This document shows positions 63,925 to 64,000 of a stretch of 64,000 nt of DNA, in pieces. Made by a program: the position numbers and the translations under genes. The notes beneath the pieces are model-generated. The model did no database searches, was not told the origin of the DNA, and saw only the letters and a list, made by a program, of their open reading frames with translations. This DNA is from Orbicella franksi (lineage: Eukaryota): the NCBI GenBank assembly GCA_964199315.1, contig OZ116698.1:25730001-25794000 (forward strand), read 5' to 3'. The stretch's first letter is position 1; every line of letters begins with the position of its first letter.

Positions 63925-64000
63925 CTGGAATATATTCATTAATTCATTAATTTTCTTTAACAGTGCAAAACTAAAGGAGAAAAGTATTTGGAGTTTACTT

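Overview
This is eukaryotic, AT-rich, intron-containing animal DNA. The repeat types suggest a stony coral or related cnidarian, which is an inference. It contains no rRNA, tRNA or CRISPR arrays. The backbone is a tandem cluster of one uncharacterised multi-exon gene family. On the + strand are the last two exons of copy A (439-1279), a decayed duplicate of its last exon (A', 4070-4440), an isolated promoter plus first exon (B, 11534-11711) and a complete 6-exon gene (C, 25958-35191, 458 aa). On the - strand are a probably complete gene (E, 59098-43423, 408-452 aa) and the last exon of copy F (63924-63583). Exon phases are conserved across copies. The predicted protein has an acidic N-terminal motif, a ~135-aa beta-rich domain that looks like a Rel/velvet/Runt-type Ig fold, and a C-terminal C-x2-C-x12-H-x5-C finger, so it may be a lineage-specific transcription factor family. 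The rest is dense with mobile DNA. This includes a decayed full-length L1/Tx1 LINE, a young CR1/L2 LINE with a 5' inversion next to a splice donor, a MULE-like foldback element with a 10-bp TSD, a hAT transposase remnant split by a solo LTR, L2 3' ends, many MITEs and hairpin elements, and a Penelope-type minimal hammerhead ribozyme motif.
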